Assembly (NCBI GenBank): GCA_018057925.1
Contig: JAGPCT010000005.1
Location: 777-64,776 of the forward strand
Direction of reading: 5' to 3'
Length of the DNA: 64,000 nucleotides
Origin: Saprospiraceae bacterium
Lineage (GTDB): Bacteria > Bacteroidota > Bacteroidia > Chitinophagales > Saprospiraceae
The notes under the pieces: generated by a model
Seen by the model: only the letters and a program-made list of their open reading frames with translations
Told to the model about the DNA's origin: nothing
Databases searched by the model: none
In this document: positions 48,979 through 58,613 of the stretch, one piece after another
Layout of the letters: each line of letters begins with the position of its first letter
Numbering within the stretch: the first letter of the stretch is position 1
Position numbers and translations under genes: made by a program

Positions 48979-49644
48979 TTATCGTCCCCACCCAAGCCTA
49001 ACGCCCACTTCAAGTGAAGCCGGTTTCAATTTTTGGTGATAAAGTACATTATCGGTAATAGGGAAATTTTGCTTATATTGAACAATCGGTGAAAGTCTAA
49101 TAATTTTACCAAAATGTATATCTGCCCCAATACCGATTCCGGCAACAACAAATTGTTCCTTGATGTCATCAACAATTCCAGAAGGATCCGTTGTCCAGTT
49201 GCGTAGTTCGTAGCCGATAACAGGCTGAACAAAGAAATTATTTTTAAAGAAATTAGCTTTCTTAAAAGTGGGACATTCGTCACATTGATTAAAATGAAAA
49301 GGGTAAATAGTCACCGGTAAATTAATACCAAAACTTTTGATAGAACTGACTTTACCAACTTCTAAGTTACTCACATCATACACATCAATCCCGTTGGTAG
49401 AAAGATATTTTAATGCGACCTCAGGCCCAAATACCAATCCGTAATTGACCATCTTAATGCGATAATCCAATGCCAAGGAAGCGCCATTTTGCTGCAATCT
49501 ATCGTTGGGTCTATTCGGAACATTGCTTGGAATATCCTCGAATCCCGAAACATATTTAAGTGAAAGTCCAAATTGGGCATTTGCTGTGCCCGTAAAAACG
49601 AAAATCAATAAAAGAGTGAAGAAATAAAAATTAAATCGATGCAT
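48979..49644 (-). CDS. outer membrane beta-barrel protein (porin-like small barrel)
   Basis: Signal peptide, alternating beta-strand pattern, aromatic-rich C-terminal strand (LEVGVRLGWGR). Confidence 0.65.
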   Translation of the reverse strand: MHRFNFYFFTLLLIFVFTGTANAQFGLSLKYVSGFEDIPSNVPNRPNDRLQQNGASLALDYRIKMVNYGLVFGPEVALKYLSTNGIDVYDVSNLEVGKVSSIKSFGINLPVTIYPFHFNQCDECPTFKKANFFKNNFFVQPVIGYELRNWTTDPSGIVDDIKEQFVVAGIGIGADIHFGKIIRLSPIVQYKQNFPITDNVLYHQKLKPASLEVGVRLGWGR

Positions 49645-49729
49645 AAATACTTAAACCTAAATTATTTAAAAAAACGAATTGATTTGCATTGTTCATCAAA
49701 ATGACACAAAACACATCATTCAATTTCCG

Positions 49730-49737
49730 TATCTTTG
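49730..49737 (+). promoter_or_regulatory. candidate -7 promoter box (TATCTTTG) for rimO
   Basis: TAnnTTTG match 88 nt upstream of the rimO start. Confidence 0.3.
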
Positions 49738-49825
49738 TCTTATCAAATGTACATTGATTATCTGAATTGAATGGATTTTTCTTTTTAGATTATTGAAATA
49801 AAAACTATATTTAATATAATTAATA

Positions 49826-51139
49826 TTGAGAGCCAGAACATTAAAAGAAAATAAAGTTAGTGTCATTACTTTAGGTTGTAGTAAAAATGTGGTAGATTCT
49901 GAAAATCTCATCACCCAATTAAAAGGGAATGAATTTGAAGTAGATCATGATCAAGTGAGTGAAGATACAGGTGTCGTCATCATCAATACTTGCGGCTTTA
50001 TCGACCTGGCAAAGGAGGAATCCATCAATACCATCCTCAAATATGCCAAAGTAAAATCAGAAGGCGGCATTGACAAGTTATACGTCACCGGCTGCCTCTC
50101 ACAACAATATAAGGAAAACTTAGAAGAGGCAATACCGGAAGTAGATGCTTATTTCGGGACATTAGAGCTACCGGGATTACTCAATACATTAGAAGCTGAC
50201 TACAAGCACGAATTATTGGGTGAGAGGGTGTTGACGACGCCATCACATTTTGCATTTTTGAAAATATCTGAAGGCTGTAACCGTACCTGTGCCTTTTGTG
50301 CTATACCATTGATGCGCGGTGGACATGTGTCAAAACCTATCGAAGACTTAGTAAAGGAAGCTAAGAATTTAGCGCGAATAGGTGTCAAAGAATTGATATT
50401 AATCGCACAAGAACTCACTTATTATGGATTGGATATTTATAAAAGAAGGGCTCTCCCTGAATTGCTCGACCAATTGGCAGCAGTTGATGGCATCGAATGG
50501 ATCAGACTCCAATATGCCTATCCAAGCAAATTCCCCATTGAGATTATCGATGTCATGAAGCGCCAACCCAAAATATGTAATTATCTCGACATCCCGCTGC
50601 AACACGCATCTGATAATATACTTATGGCAATGAAGCGGCAGATTACACAACAGCAAACCCGGGAATTGATTCAAGAAGTAAGGCGACGTATTCCCGAAAT
50701 AGCCATCAGAACAACCTTCATTGTCGGATTTCCCGGAGAAACAGAAGAAGATTTTGAACAATTGTGTGACTTTGTCAAGGATATGAGATTTGAAAGATTA
50801 GGTGTATTTCAATATTCGCACGAAGAAGACACCTCCGCTTTCTTACAAGAGGATAATGTACCGGAAGAAATTAAAGCAGAGCGAGCGAATACTTTAATGG
50901 CGATCCAACAAGAAATCAGCTTAGAACTGAATCAGGAAAAGATAGGAAAGACCTTCAAGGTATTGGTCGATAGATTAGAGGGAGGCTTTTATTACGGGCG
51001 CACCGAATTTGATTCTGTCGAAGTGGACAATGAAGTCATCCTCGATGCATCACAGAATTATTGCTCAATAGGCGGATTTTGTAATGTTGTGATTGACGAC
51101 GCAACAGAATATGATTTAATAGGCCATGTAGTTCATTAA
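49826..51139 (+). CDS. rimO: ribosomal protein S12 methylthiotransferase RimO (TTG start)
   Basis: MTTase N-domain (VITLGCSKN), radical SAM CxxxCxxC (EGCNRTCAFCAIP) and C-terminal TRAM domain. The only start after the upstream stop is TTG. Confidence 0.92.
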   Translation: MRARTLKENKVSVITLGCSKNVVDSENLITQLKGNEFEVDHDQVSEDTGVVIINTCGFIDLAKEESINTILKYAKVKSEGGIDKLYVTGCLSQQYKENLEEAIPEVDAYFGTLELPGLLNTLEADYKHELLGERVLTTPSHFAFLKISEGCNRTCAFCAIPLMRGGHVSKPIEDLVKEAKNLARIGVKELILIAQELTYYGLDIYKRRALPELLDQLAAVDGIEWIRLQYAYPSKFPIEIIDVMKRQPKICNYLDIPLQHASDNILMAMKRQITQQQTRELIQEVRRRIPEIAIRTTFIVGFPGETEEDFEQLCDFVKDMRFERLGVFQYSHEEDTSAFLQEDNVPEEIKAERANTLMAIQQEISLELNQEKIGKTFKVLVDRLEGGFYYGRTEFDSVEVDNEVILDASQNYCSIGGFCNVVIDDATEYDLIGHVVH

Positions 51140-51245
51140 TTAAACAAATACTAATGCTCAACGCTTTCGAATTAAATTATTTATAATATAATGAACCATT
51201 AATTGATAATTTTTTAAATAGCATATAAAACCTAAATACCTCTTT

Positions 51246-51671
51246 ATGAAAAAAATTATAAACTATCTCATTGAAAAAAGACATCCACTGGCATGGGCTT
51301 TGGTACTTATCATAGTCTTTTCACTGTTAATTTCCATCAATTATTTATGGATATTTCCCGGTGACAAGGATTCCATTTTCGTTGTAGGCAGCATCGGAGT
51401 ATTGATGTACGGTGTTTACAGTGCCTTCATGCTATTCGTATCCAAAAACATCTTACGGGATTGGAATCTAGCATTTGTTGGCTTTATTATCGTAGGCTTT
51501 ACGCTGGTTAAACTATGCATGCAGATAAGTCATCGTAATTGGAGCGAATTAGCTTCTTTTGGACCTATTTTGAAGATAATTGTTGTGGTATCGATCATCA
51601 TCATGACGATGTCCATTTCGGCCAGAAAAGTACTCGAATGGACACAAACTATTGACGATAATCGACAATAA
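51246..51671 (+). CDS. small integral membrane protein (about 4 TM)
   Basis: 141 aa with four hydrophobic segments. No motif recognised. Confidence 0.55.
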   Translation: MKKIINYLIEKRHPLAWALVLIIVFSLLISINYLWIFPGDKDSIFVVGSIGVLMYGVYSAFMLFVSKNILRDWNLAFVGFIIVGFTLVKLCMQISHRNWSELASFGPILKIIVVVSIIIMTMSISARKVLEWTQTIDDNRQ

Positions 51672-51820
51672 ATACTGTGAAAAAATTATCAAATTATTCC
51701 CTTTCTAATGACAAGTTTTTATTTCATACAAGGTATATGAGAAAATGAGGCGTATCGGTGAATATATTTAAAAACCAATTAATTGAATTTTACATTCAAT
51801 GCTGAATAATTAAGTTTTAA

Positions 51821-52831
51821 ATGACGAAAAATCAAAGAATAAATGCTTTAAATCTTCTTATAGAAGACTTGTACAAAAACAATGCTTACTGGGACGAAGT
51901 TATTGCTCGTGCAATGGCAATGAACCCATGGTTTACGGAAAAAAATATCCGGATGGCGCTTACTTCAATATGTGAAGAAATGCTTGATTCACAAAAGCTC
52001 ACCCAATGGTCAGGACAATATCCGGAAATTCAAGACACAAAAAAAGTAGGGCTCATTATGGCGGGCAACCTACCATTGGTCGGCTTTGCAGATTGGTTGG
52101 CAATATTTATTTCAGGGCATTATGCCGTCGTAAAATGTAGTGAAAAGGACAATGTGCTATTTCCGGCAATCATAGAAAGGTTGGCCATATTGGACAATGA
52201 GACAGCTAAATATACGTCAATTGTAGAGCAGTTGAAGGGTTTTGATGCTGTTATCGCCACGGGAAGCAACAATACGGCTCTTTACTTTGAAAGTTATTTT
52301 AAAAATGTTCCTCACATCATCCGCAAAAACAGAACAAGTGTCGCTATCATAGATGCCGAAGACTCTGACGAAGTTTTGAATCAATTAACTATAGATATTC
52401 ACGCTTATTTTGGCTTGGGTTGCCGCAATGTTTCAAAAATTTATTTACCGGTAGGATTCGATATCCAACGTATCATGAGGGCATTGGAAAAAGATACAAC
52501 CAATAGCATGTTCAACAAATACAAGAACAACTTTGATTACAATCTTTCGATCTATATGCTGAATAAGATTTCCTTCTATACAGACAATAACATTATTTTA
52601 ATAGAAGAGCCCGGATTGTTTAGTAGAATAGCCTGTCTTCACTTCCAATGGTTTGAAAGTATGGAAGAAATAATCCATGATTTCGATTTACACAAAGAGG
52701 ATATTCAATGTATTGTATCCGCTATCCCCATCGATGGACTGAAAACTATTCTACCCGGACATACCCAAATGCCTGCCCTGACAGATTATGCGGATGATAT
52801 CGATACCATGGCATTTTTAAGTAAATTATAA
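51821..52831 (+). CDS. acyl-CoA reductase (LuxC-like) family protein
   Basis: 336 aa. Aldehyde-dehydrogenase-like core with IMAGNLPLVGF and GLGCRNVSKIY segments, as in LuxC-type proteins of Bacteroidota. Confidence 0.6.
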   Translation: MTKNQRINALNLLIEDLYKNNAYWDEVIARAMAMNPWFTEKNIRMALTSICEEMLDSQKLTQWSGQYPEIQDTKKVGLIMAGNLPLVGFADWLAIFISGHYAVVKCSEKDNVLFPAIIERLAILDNETAKYTSIVEQLKGFDAVIATGSNNTALYFESYFKNVPHIIRKNRTSVAIIDAEDSDEVLNQLTIDIHAYFGLGCRNVSKIYLPVGFDIQRIMRALEKDTTNSMFNKYKNNFDYNLSIYMLNKISFYTDNNIILIEEPGLFSRIACLHFQWFESMEEIIHDFDLHKEDIQCIVSAIPIDGLKTILPGHTQMPALTDYADDIDTMAFLSKL

Positions 52832-52835
52832 AACT

Positions 52836-53525
52836 ATGGCTAAAAAGATATCCCAAAAACAATTCAAAGCCGACGATATCAGAATGATGTTGGAGGAATT
52901 GTATCCCAAGACGCCTATTCCATTGAATCACAAAGATATTTATACACTTTTGATAGCTGTATTGCTTTCGGCTCAATGTACCGATGAACGGGTCAATCAG
53001 ATTACACCCATATTGTTTTCGAAGGCTGACAACCCTCATGATATGATTGAACTGGGTGAAGATGCTATACGTGAAATAATCCGCCCTTGTGGACTATCGC
53101 CTATGAAGGCAAAAGGTATATATGGCCTATCAAAGATAATTATTGACAAGTATCAAGGTCAGGTACCCTTTGGATTTGAAGCTTTGGAAGCGTTGCCGGG
53201 AGTAGGCCACAAAACGGCGTCAGTTGTGATGAGTCAAGGCTTTGGTGTTCCGGCATTTCCGGTAGATACCCACATTCATCGTTTGGCAGCAAGGTGGGGC
53301 TTATCTTCCGGTAAATCTGTTGAACAGACGGAAAAAGATTTAAAAAAATTATTTCCCGAATCTACTTGGAACAAGCTCCACCTACAAATTATTTTCTATG
53401 GAAGAGAATATTGTAAGGCACGACCACATGTCATAGAATTATGCCCTATTTGCAAAAAGTACATGAGCAAAAAAGCGATTCTTCTTGAAAAAAAACCAAA
53501 TCCTTCTGTCAAATCCCGAAGTTAA
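52836..53525 (+). CDS. nth: endonuclease III family DNA glycosylase (atypical Cys cluster)
   Basis: HhH-GPD: LIAVLLSAQCTD, LPGVGHKTASVV (catalytic Lys), VDTHIHRL (Asp). The C-terminus has only three Cys. Confidence 0.88.
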   Translation: MAKKISQKQFKADDIRMMLEELYPKTPIPLNHKDIYTLLIAVLLSAQCTDERVNQITPILFSKADNPHDMIELGEDAIREIIRPCGLSPMKAKGIYGLSKIIIDKYQGQVPFGFEALEALPGVGHKTASVVMSQGFGVPAFPVDTHIHRLAARWGLSSGKSVEQTEKDLKKLFPESTWNKLHLQIIFYGREYCKARPHVIELCPICKKYMSKKAILLEKKPNPSVKSRS

Positions 53526-53595
53526 GAACGCTATAAGGTCAAAACTCACTCACCACTATGCTAATAGCGTATGACGTTTACAAAGATGACGATTT

Positions 53596-54960
53596 CTAAC
53601 GAAGACCTATCGAATTTTCAACAACTTCATCCAAGCTGACCCTTTCGCCATTGCGGTAAGCACAAATAAAAGCTTCGGGAAAGCCATTTTCTTTTGCCTT
53701 TGTTTTCACCGTTCTTGCTTCTTCCATAGAATTACACACAACCTGATATTTTAGAGCATTGTTCTCACTTCTAGCAATGATATTGCTAAAAGGTTCCCAT
53801 TTTTTCTGTTCGAGATCCTGTACACTCTTCGTCGCTTCAAGCTGAACACATATTTCAACCAAATTAGAAGTATTATTTTCATTGGTATTTTGCTTACTTA
53901 AAATAGAAAGTTCATCCACCTTTGAGCTGTTTTGTTCAACAGCAACTCCTTGTTTGACTACTTCATTTCTCACTTGAGGAGGGGCTGTACTCTTAGCAAT
54001 TAGGCCATTGTCATCGGGTGCAGAAAACTCGACATTTGCTTTAAATTTTTCAAATCCTCTAAAAATATTTTCAACGATTTCTTTTTTCCCTTTGGCGCTT
54101 GTCATATAATCTTCCTCCTTGGTATTGCTCAAAAATCCGGTTTCAATCAAAACAGCCGGCATAGACGTTGCACGTAAAACAAGGAATCCAGCTTGTCGCA
54201 CACCTCTTGATTTGCGATTGGATTTGTGTTCAAATTCTTTTTCGATCTTTTCTGCAATAGAAATACTCTGAGTCAGGTGGGCATTTTGACTCATCGTCAT
54301 CAAAATATTACCTTCCGGACTATTGGGATCAAAGCCGGCATAATTCTTCTCATAGTTGTTTTCCAAGAATATAGAAGAGTTCTCACGCTTAGCTACCTCT
54401 AAGTTATCTTTAGCACGATGCAGTCCCAAAACATACGTCTCCGTACCGTAAGGTGAGGTATTGGGATTCCAATTACAATGAATACTAATGAAAAGGTCGG
54501 CTTTTGCGTGATTAGCTATATTGGCTCTTTCGTGCAATTCAATAAAAACATCCGTCTTACGCGTATAAACCACTTGAATATCCGGATAGGCACTCTCTAT
54601 CATAGCACCAAGATTAAGCACGTATTCAAGCGTCAAATCCTTCTCTTTGGAGTCTTTGCCAAGACAACCGGAATCCTTACCCCCGTGCCCGGCATCCAAT
54701 ACGATGGTGCGCAATTTAAACTGCCTGTTACCCGGTGGAATCATATTGACCACCGACTCAACCATCTGATGAGTGATATTTTTTGAAAAATTTAACACTT
54801 GCCCAACTGAAAGCATGTTACATTCGCTCGTTAGTACAATATGATTAGAACAAGCATCATGAAAACAATTGTGTGCTTGTGATAAAATAGGAAAAAAGAA
54901 ACATGCCACTATAACTACATATTTCAAGCTATTTTTTAATGAAAATCCAAGGGTCATCAT
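53596..54960 (-). CDS. N-acetylmuramoyl-L-alanine amidase (Amidase_3) with C-terminal SPOR-like domain
   Basis: IVLDAGHGGKDSG, ...ISIHCN..., ...ETGFLSN... The C-terminal ~80 aa (VQLEATKS...FICAYRNGERV) are SPOR-like. Confidence 0.88.
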   Translation of the reverse strand: MMTLGFSLKNSLKYVVIVACFFFPILSQAHNCFHDACSNHIVLTSECNMLSVGQVLNFSKNITHQMVESVVNMIPPGNRQFKLRTIVLDAGHGGKDSGCLGKDSKEKDLTLEYVLNLGAMIESAYPDIQVVYTRKTDVFIELHERANIANHAKADLFISIHCNWNPNTSPYGTETYVLGLHRAKDNLEVAKRENSSIFLENNYEKNYAGFDPNSPEGNILMTMSQNAHLTQSISIAEKIEKEFEHKSNRKSRGVRQAGFLVLRATSMPAVLIETGFLSNTKEEDYMTSAKGKKEIVENIFRGFEKFKANVEFSAPDDNGLIAKSTAPPQVRNEVVKQGVAVEQNSSKVDELSILSKQNTNENNTSNLVEICVQLEATKSVQDLEQKKWEPFSNIIARSENNALKYQVVCNSMEEARTVKTKAKENGFPEAFICAYRNGERVSLDEVVENSIGLR

Positions 54961-55104
54961 ATGCTTTTTGGTTTTTGATTTTTTAATTAGCTTTGTGCTT
55001 CAATAATTTTTATATATTAAAATTTATTATAAATTAAATATATATAATAATCAGTTAATTATAGATTATAAATATTTATCACAAATGTAAAAACAATCAT
55101 TGAA

Positions 55105-57810
55105 TTGACCAAAATATCTACCATATTATTATTTATTTTAATATGTTTTTCTGTAAAAATATTTAGTCAAGTTGACTCTAAGGCTCCCTTTAGAGTTGAC
55201 AAGAAGTCAGATAGCACTCATATTCAATTAATTAGACCGACAAGCATTGCCGATACGCTTCCTCCATCAATTGTGCAAAAAAATATTGCCAAAATAGCTT
55301 CCAAGCAGGATGTAGATGATATTGTTGAGTACGGGAGCAGAGACAGCTCTGAATTGGACAATAAAAATCAAATAATGTATCTGTGGGGTGATGCTTATGT
55401 CAGATATCAGAAAAGTAAAATCAACGCACATTTTATTCGGATAGATCTTAAAAACAATGTTGCTTTAGCGGAGGTAGGCATCGATGCTAATGGACGGCCG
55501 TTGGGCAAGCCAGCCGTGGATATGGAGGGGCAGCTTATTGTCGCCAATAAGTTGGAATTTAATTTTAAAACACAGAAAGGCATCATTTTAGATGGCCGCT
55601 TCAAGCAGAATGATCTTTATATCAATGGTGAAAGGATCAAAGTCATTGCCGGTCCGTATGATAGCATTCAGACGGATGACGTTGTCTATGAAGAAGACGC
55701 GCTCATCACGACATGCAATCATCCGGAGGCTCACTTCGGCATTCAAGCCAGCAAGTTAAAGATTGTGCCGGATAGGCTTGCAGTCATCGGCCCGTCCTAT
55801 GTTAAGATCGGAGGAGTCCCTACTCCATTAGTTCTACCATTCGGATTCTTTCCAATGAAAAAGAACAAGCAGACGGGTATCATCTTTCCCAATGATTACA
55901 ACTTTTCACCTCAATGGGGCTATGGTTTGAGGAATATCGGATATTATCTGCCTATTAATGACCAACTCGACTTTGTGATTTCAAGTGACATTTACCTCCG
56001 TGGCTCACATAAAATTGGTGTCACAACACACTACAACACAAGGTATAAATACAATGGTTTAGCTACAATAGAATATTCAACTTATTTCAACGAGCCCTCG
56101 GATACGTATTTGGTACGGAGGCAGACTTCTTTTCGCCTTCTTGTATCGCACAATCAAGACCCGAAAGCCAATCCATATCACAAGTTTGGCGGAAATGCTG
56201 ATATACAGATAGGTCGATTCCAATCATTAAACTACAATGACGCCAACAGCGTACTCAACAACAACCTTACTTCCAACATCACCTACCAAAGGATCTTTAG
56301 CGGAAAACCCTATAGCTTTGCTGCTTCCATGTCTCATTCTCAACAATTGGTCAACCGGGACTTTATTATCGAGCTTCCACGACTGACATTCAACACACAA
56401 TCTATCTACCCTTTCAAAAACAGCAAAAGAATAGGCGATCGATGGTATGATCAAATCAGCTTTACTTATTCAGCTGATATGAGCAATAAGATACAGACAC
56501 TGGACTCATTACTTTTTACGGACAAGACATTGAAGACCTCCAAACAAGGTTTCAAGCAGGCTCTCAACGTAACTTCATCGTATAAAGTTTTAAAATATTT
56601 CAACATAAGCCCTAATTTCAATTATACTGAAGTATGGGGATTGAACCAGATTCAGCAACGTTATGACCCGACAGTAGTCACGATATTTGACACTACCCGA
56701 TATGCTAATTTTCCGGATTCTTTTACCGTCAGACAAAGGGTTTTGAATGGCAGGGTAATGAAAGATACGCTTCAGCAATTTGGGACGTACAGGACTTTCA
56801 ATGCGAGTATTGGCATCAACACCCAGCTATTCGGTCTTTTACAATTCAAAAAAGGATTTATTCGTGGTATAAGACACCAAGTAAGACCGAGTCTTTCACT
56901 TGCTTTTTCGCCTGATTATTCCCATTATTATGACTCAATACAGACCAGTAATGTGTTGCCCATCAACAAATCCATTTATAATAAATATCAGGAATTCATA
57001 TTCGGCGGCCCTCCTTCTGAGGGTCAACGGGCAGGTATCAACCTTGCTATTGCCAATACCTTGGAAGCTAAAGTTATGGGACGAAGAGATACCATAGCCC
57101 GAAAAATTAAAATCCTGGAAAGTTTCAGTTTGAGTACTTTTTACAACGTTTTTGCAGACTCATTAAAGCTGAGCCCATTGAATTATAATGCTACAACACG
57201 ATTTTTCAAAGGACTTTCCACGTTGAGTATGAGTGGCAGCTTCGACTTTTACGACCGAGATTCCAAAGACCAAAAAATCAACACCTATTATTGGACAACA
57301 AAGGGGCGTCCACTGCGCTTCGTCAATTTTAGTGCAACACTTAATACATCTTTAACGGTAGAAAAAATCAGAAAATTCCTCTCAGGGCAATTAACAGAGA
57401 GTGAGGCTGCCTCCAGACAAGACAATAAAAAGCAAACACTTGAAGATCAGTCTTTCTGGGACTTATTAAATAATTTCTCAATTAATCATACCGTCAATGT
57501 GAGTGCACGAGACGAAATAGGACCCAATAAACTAAGGTTTACTACCAATTCAATATCTTTATCAGGCAGTATCCCTATTACTGACAAGTGGGCTGTTAAT
57601 GTTGGATATTTTGGGTATGATTTTAAAAACCAAAATATTGTTTACCCCGACTTAGGTTTTTCCAGAGATCTGCACTGTTGGCAAATGAGCCTCAGCTGGC
57701 AGCCAGTGAGGGGAACTTATTCATTTATCATAGGAGTCAAACCGGGTTCACTTGATTTTTTAAAGATACCGAATAACAAAAACAGAGTGGATGCCTTTAC
57801 AGAGTTTTAA
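55105..57810 (+). CDS. LptD/OstA-like large outer membrane protein (TTG start)
   Basis: 901 aa. Signal peptide, OstA-like N-terminal beta-jellyroll region and a long beta-barrel ending in an aromatic residue (...AFTEF). No in-frame ATG lies upstream of the signal peptide. Confidence 0.7.
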   Translation: MTKISTILLFILICFSVKIFSQVDSKAPFRVDKKSDSTHIQLIRPTSIADTLPPSIVQKNIAKIASKQDVDDIVEYGSRDSSELDNKNQIMYLWGDAYVRYQKSKINAHFIRIDLKNNVALAEVGIDANGRPLGKPAVDMEGQLIVANKLEFNFKTQKGIILDGRFKQNDLYINGERIKVIAGPYDSIQTDDVVYEEDALITTCNHPEAHFGIQASKLKIVPDRLAVIGPSYVKIGGVPTPLVLPFGFFPMKKNKQTGIIFPNDYNFSPQWGYGLRNIGYYLPINDQLDFVISSDIYLRGSHKIGVTTHYNTRYKYNGLATIEYSTYFNEPSDTYLVRRQTSFRLLVSHNQDPKANPYHKFGGNADIQIGRFQSLNYNDANSVLNNNLTSNITYQRIFSGKPYSFAASMSHSQQLVNRDFIIELPRLTFNTQSIYPFKNSKRIGDRWYDQISFTYSADMSNKIQTLDSLLFTDKTLKTSKQGFKQALNVTSSYKVLKYFNISPNFNYTEVWGLNQIQQRYDPTVVTIFDTTRYANFPDSFTVRQRVLNGRVMKDTLQQFGTYRTFNASIGINTQLFGLLQFKKGFIRGIRHQVRPSLSLAFSPDYSHYYDSIQTSNVLPINKSIYNKYQEFIFGGPPSEGQRAGINLAIANTLEAKVMGRRDTIARKIKILESFSLSTFYNVFADSLKLSPLNYNATTRFFKGLSTLSMSGSFDFYDRDSKDQKINTYYWTTKGRPLRFVNFSATLNTSLTVEKIRKFLSGQLTESEAASRQDNKKQTLEDQSFWDLLNNFSINHTVNVSARDEIGPNKLRFTTNSISLSGSIPITDKWAVNVGYFGYDFKNQNIVYPDLGFSRDLHCWQMSLSWQPVRGTYSFIIGVKPGSLDFLKIPNNKNRVDAFTEF

Positions 57811-57833
57811 GGCAGTAGGCATAAAAGATCAAT

Positions 57834-58613
57834 TCAGCACAACAATTTTACCAAATCAGCATAATAATTTTTACCAATTGGCAAGAATTTTGATTTATCA
57901 GCCAACAGTATTTCCACTTTGTGGTTTTTCCTATCTATATTGATTATCCTATTTTTATTAACTGCATTCGCTTTACTGATGCGGACAAAATTAGATGGAA
58001 ATTTATTTTCCAATAACTGGAGGATTGAGACATCGACCTTCATGGTAGTGGTGTCTAAAACAATGTATGTCAATCCACTCCCGGCAGATTCGAGATAGGC
58101 AATTTCCGCAAAATGTATCTTCTGAAATTGATTTTTATGCTTGATAAATACTGACTCCTCAACATTATTTACGCTTTTATCACCTATATTTTCAGGCAAA
58201 TTTTCTTCCGATGTATCACTATGCAAGGCGACGATAAGTGCATCAATGGATCGCCGTAGCTTAGTTTCCCAATCCTGTCGTATAGGTTTGACTAAAAAAT
58301 GAACTACTTTACTCCGAAAATCATTCAATGCCACAGAAGCATATTCATGAAATGCGGATGTAAATACGATATAGGGCAAGGGAACTCCGGAACGCTGCAG
58401 CCTATTCAGTATCTCAAAGGCATCTCCGCCGATGAGCTTGATGTCCAAAAATGCTGCATCTGGTTTGTGATATAATAGCGCTTTAAATGTGTCATCAACA
58501 CCGACAGTTTCAGCTAAGACCTCTATGTCTTCAAAAGTACGCAAATGTGTGACTAACCACTGTCGAGGTTCATCTTCATCTTCTGCAACGATACAACGGA
58601 TTAATTTTTTCAT
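57834..58613 (-). CDS. LytTR family two-component response regulator
   Basis: REC domain (IVAEDEDE..., FLDIKL) plus a C-terminal LytTR DNA-binding domain. ATGA overlap with the kinase gene. Confidence 0.9.
   Translation of the reverse strand: MKKLIRCIVAEDEDEPRQWLVTHLRTFEDIEVLAETVGVDDTFKALLYHKPDAAFLDIKLIGGDAFEILNRLQRSGVPLPYIVFTSAFHEYASVALNDFRSKVVHFLVKPIRQDWETKLRRSIDALIVALHSDTSEENLPENIGDKSVNNVEESVFIKHKNQFQKIHFAEIAYLESAGSGLTYIVLDTTTMKVDVSILQLLENKFPSNFVRISKANAVNKNRIINIDRKNHKVEILLADKSKFLPIGKNYYADLVKLLC

Noticed and set aside
50399-50761. 120-aa minus-strand ORF inside rimO.
   Set aside because: It is antisense to a gene with clear radical-SAM motifs and has no features of its own.
53529-53570. 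7-bp inverted repeat (acgctat/atagcgt) between convergent nth and the amidase gene, as a possible terminator.
   Set aside because: The stem is short, the loop is 28 nt, and no flanking T-run is present. The evidence is too weak to call.
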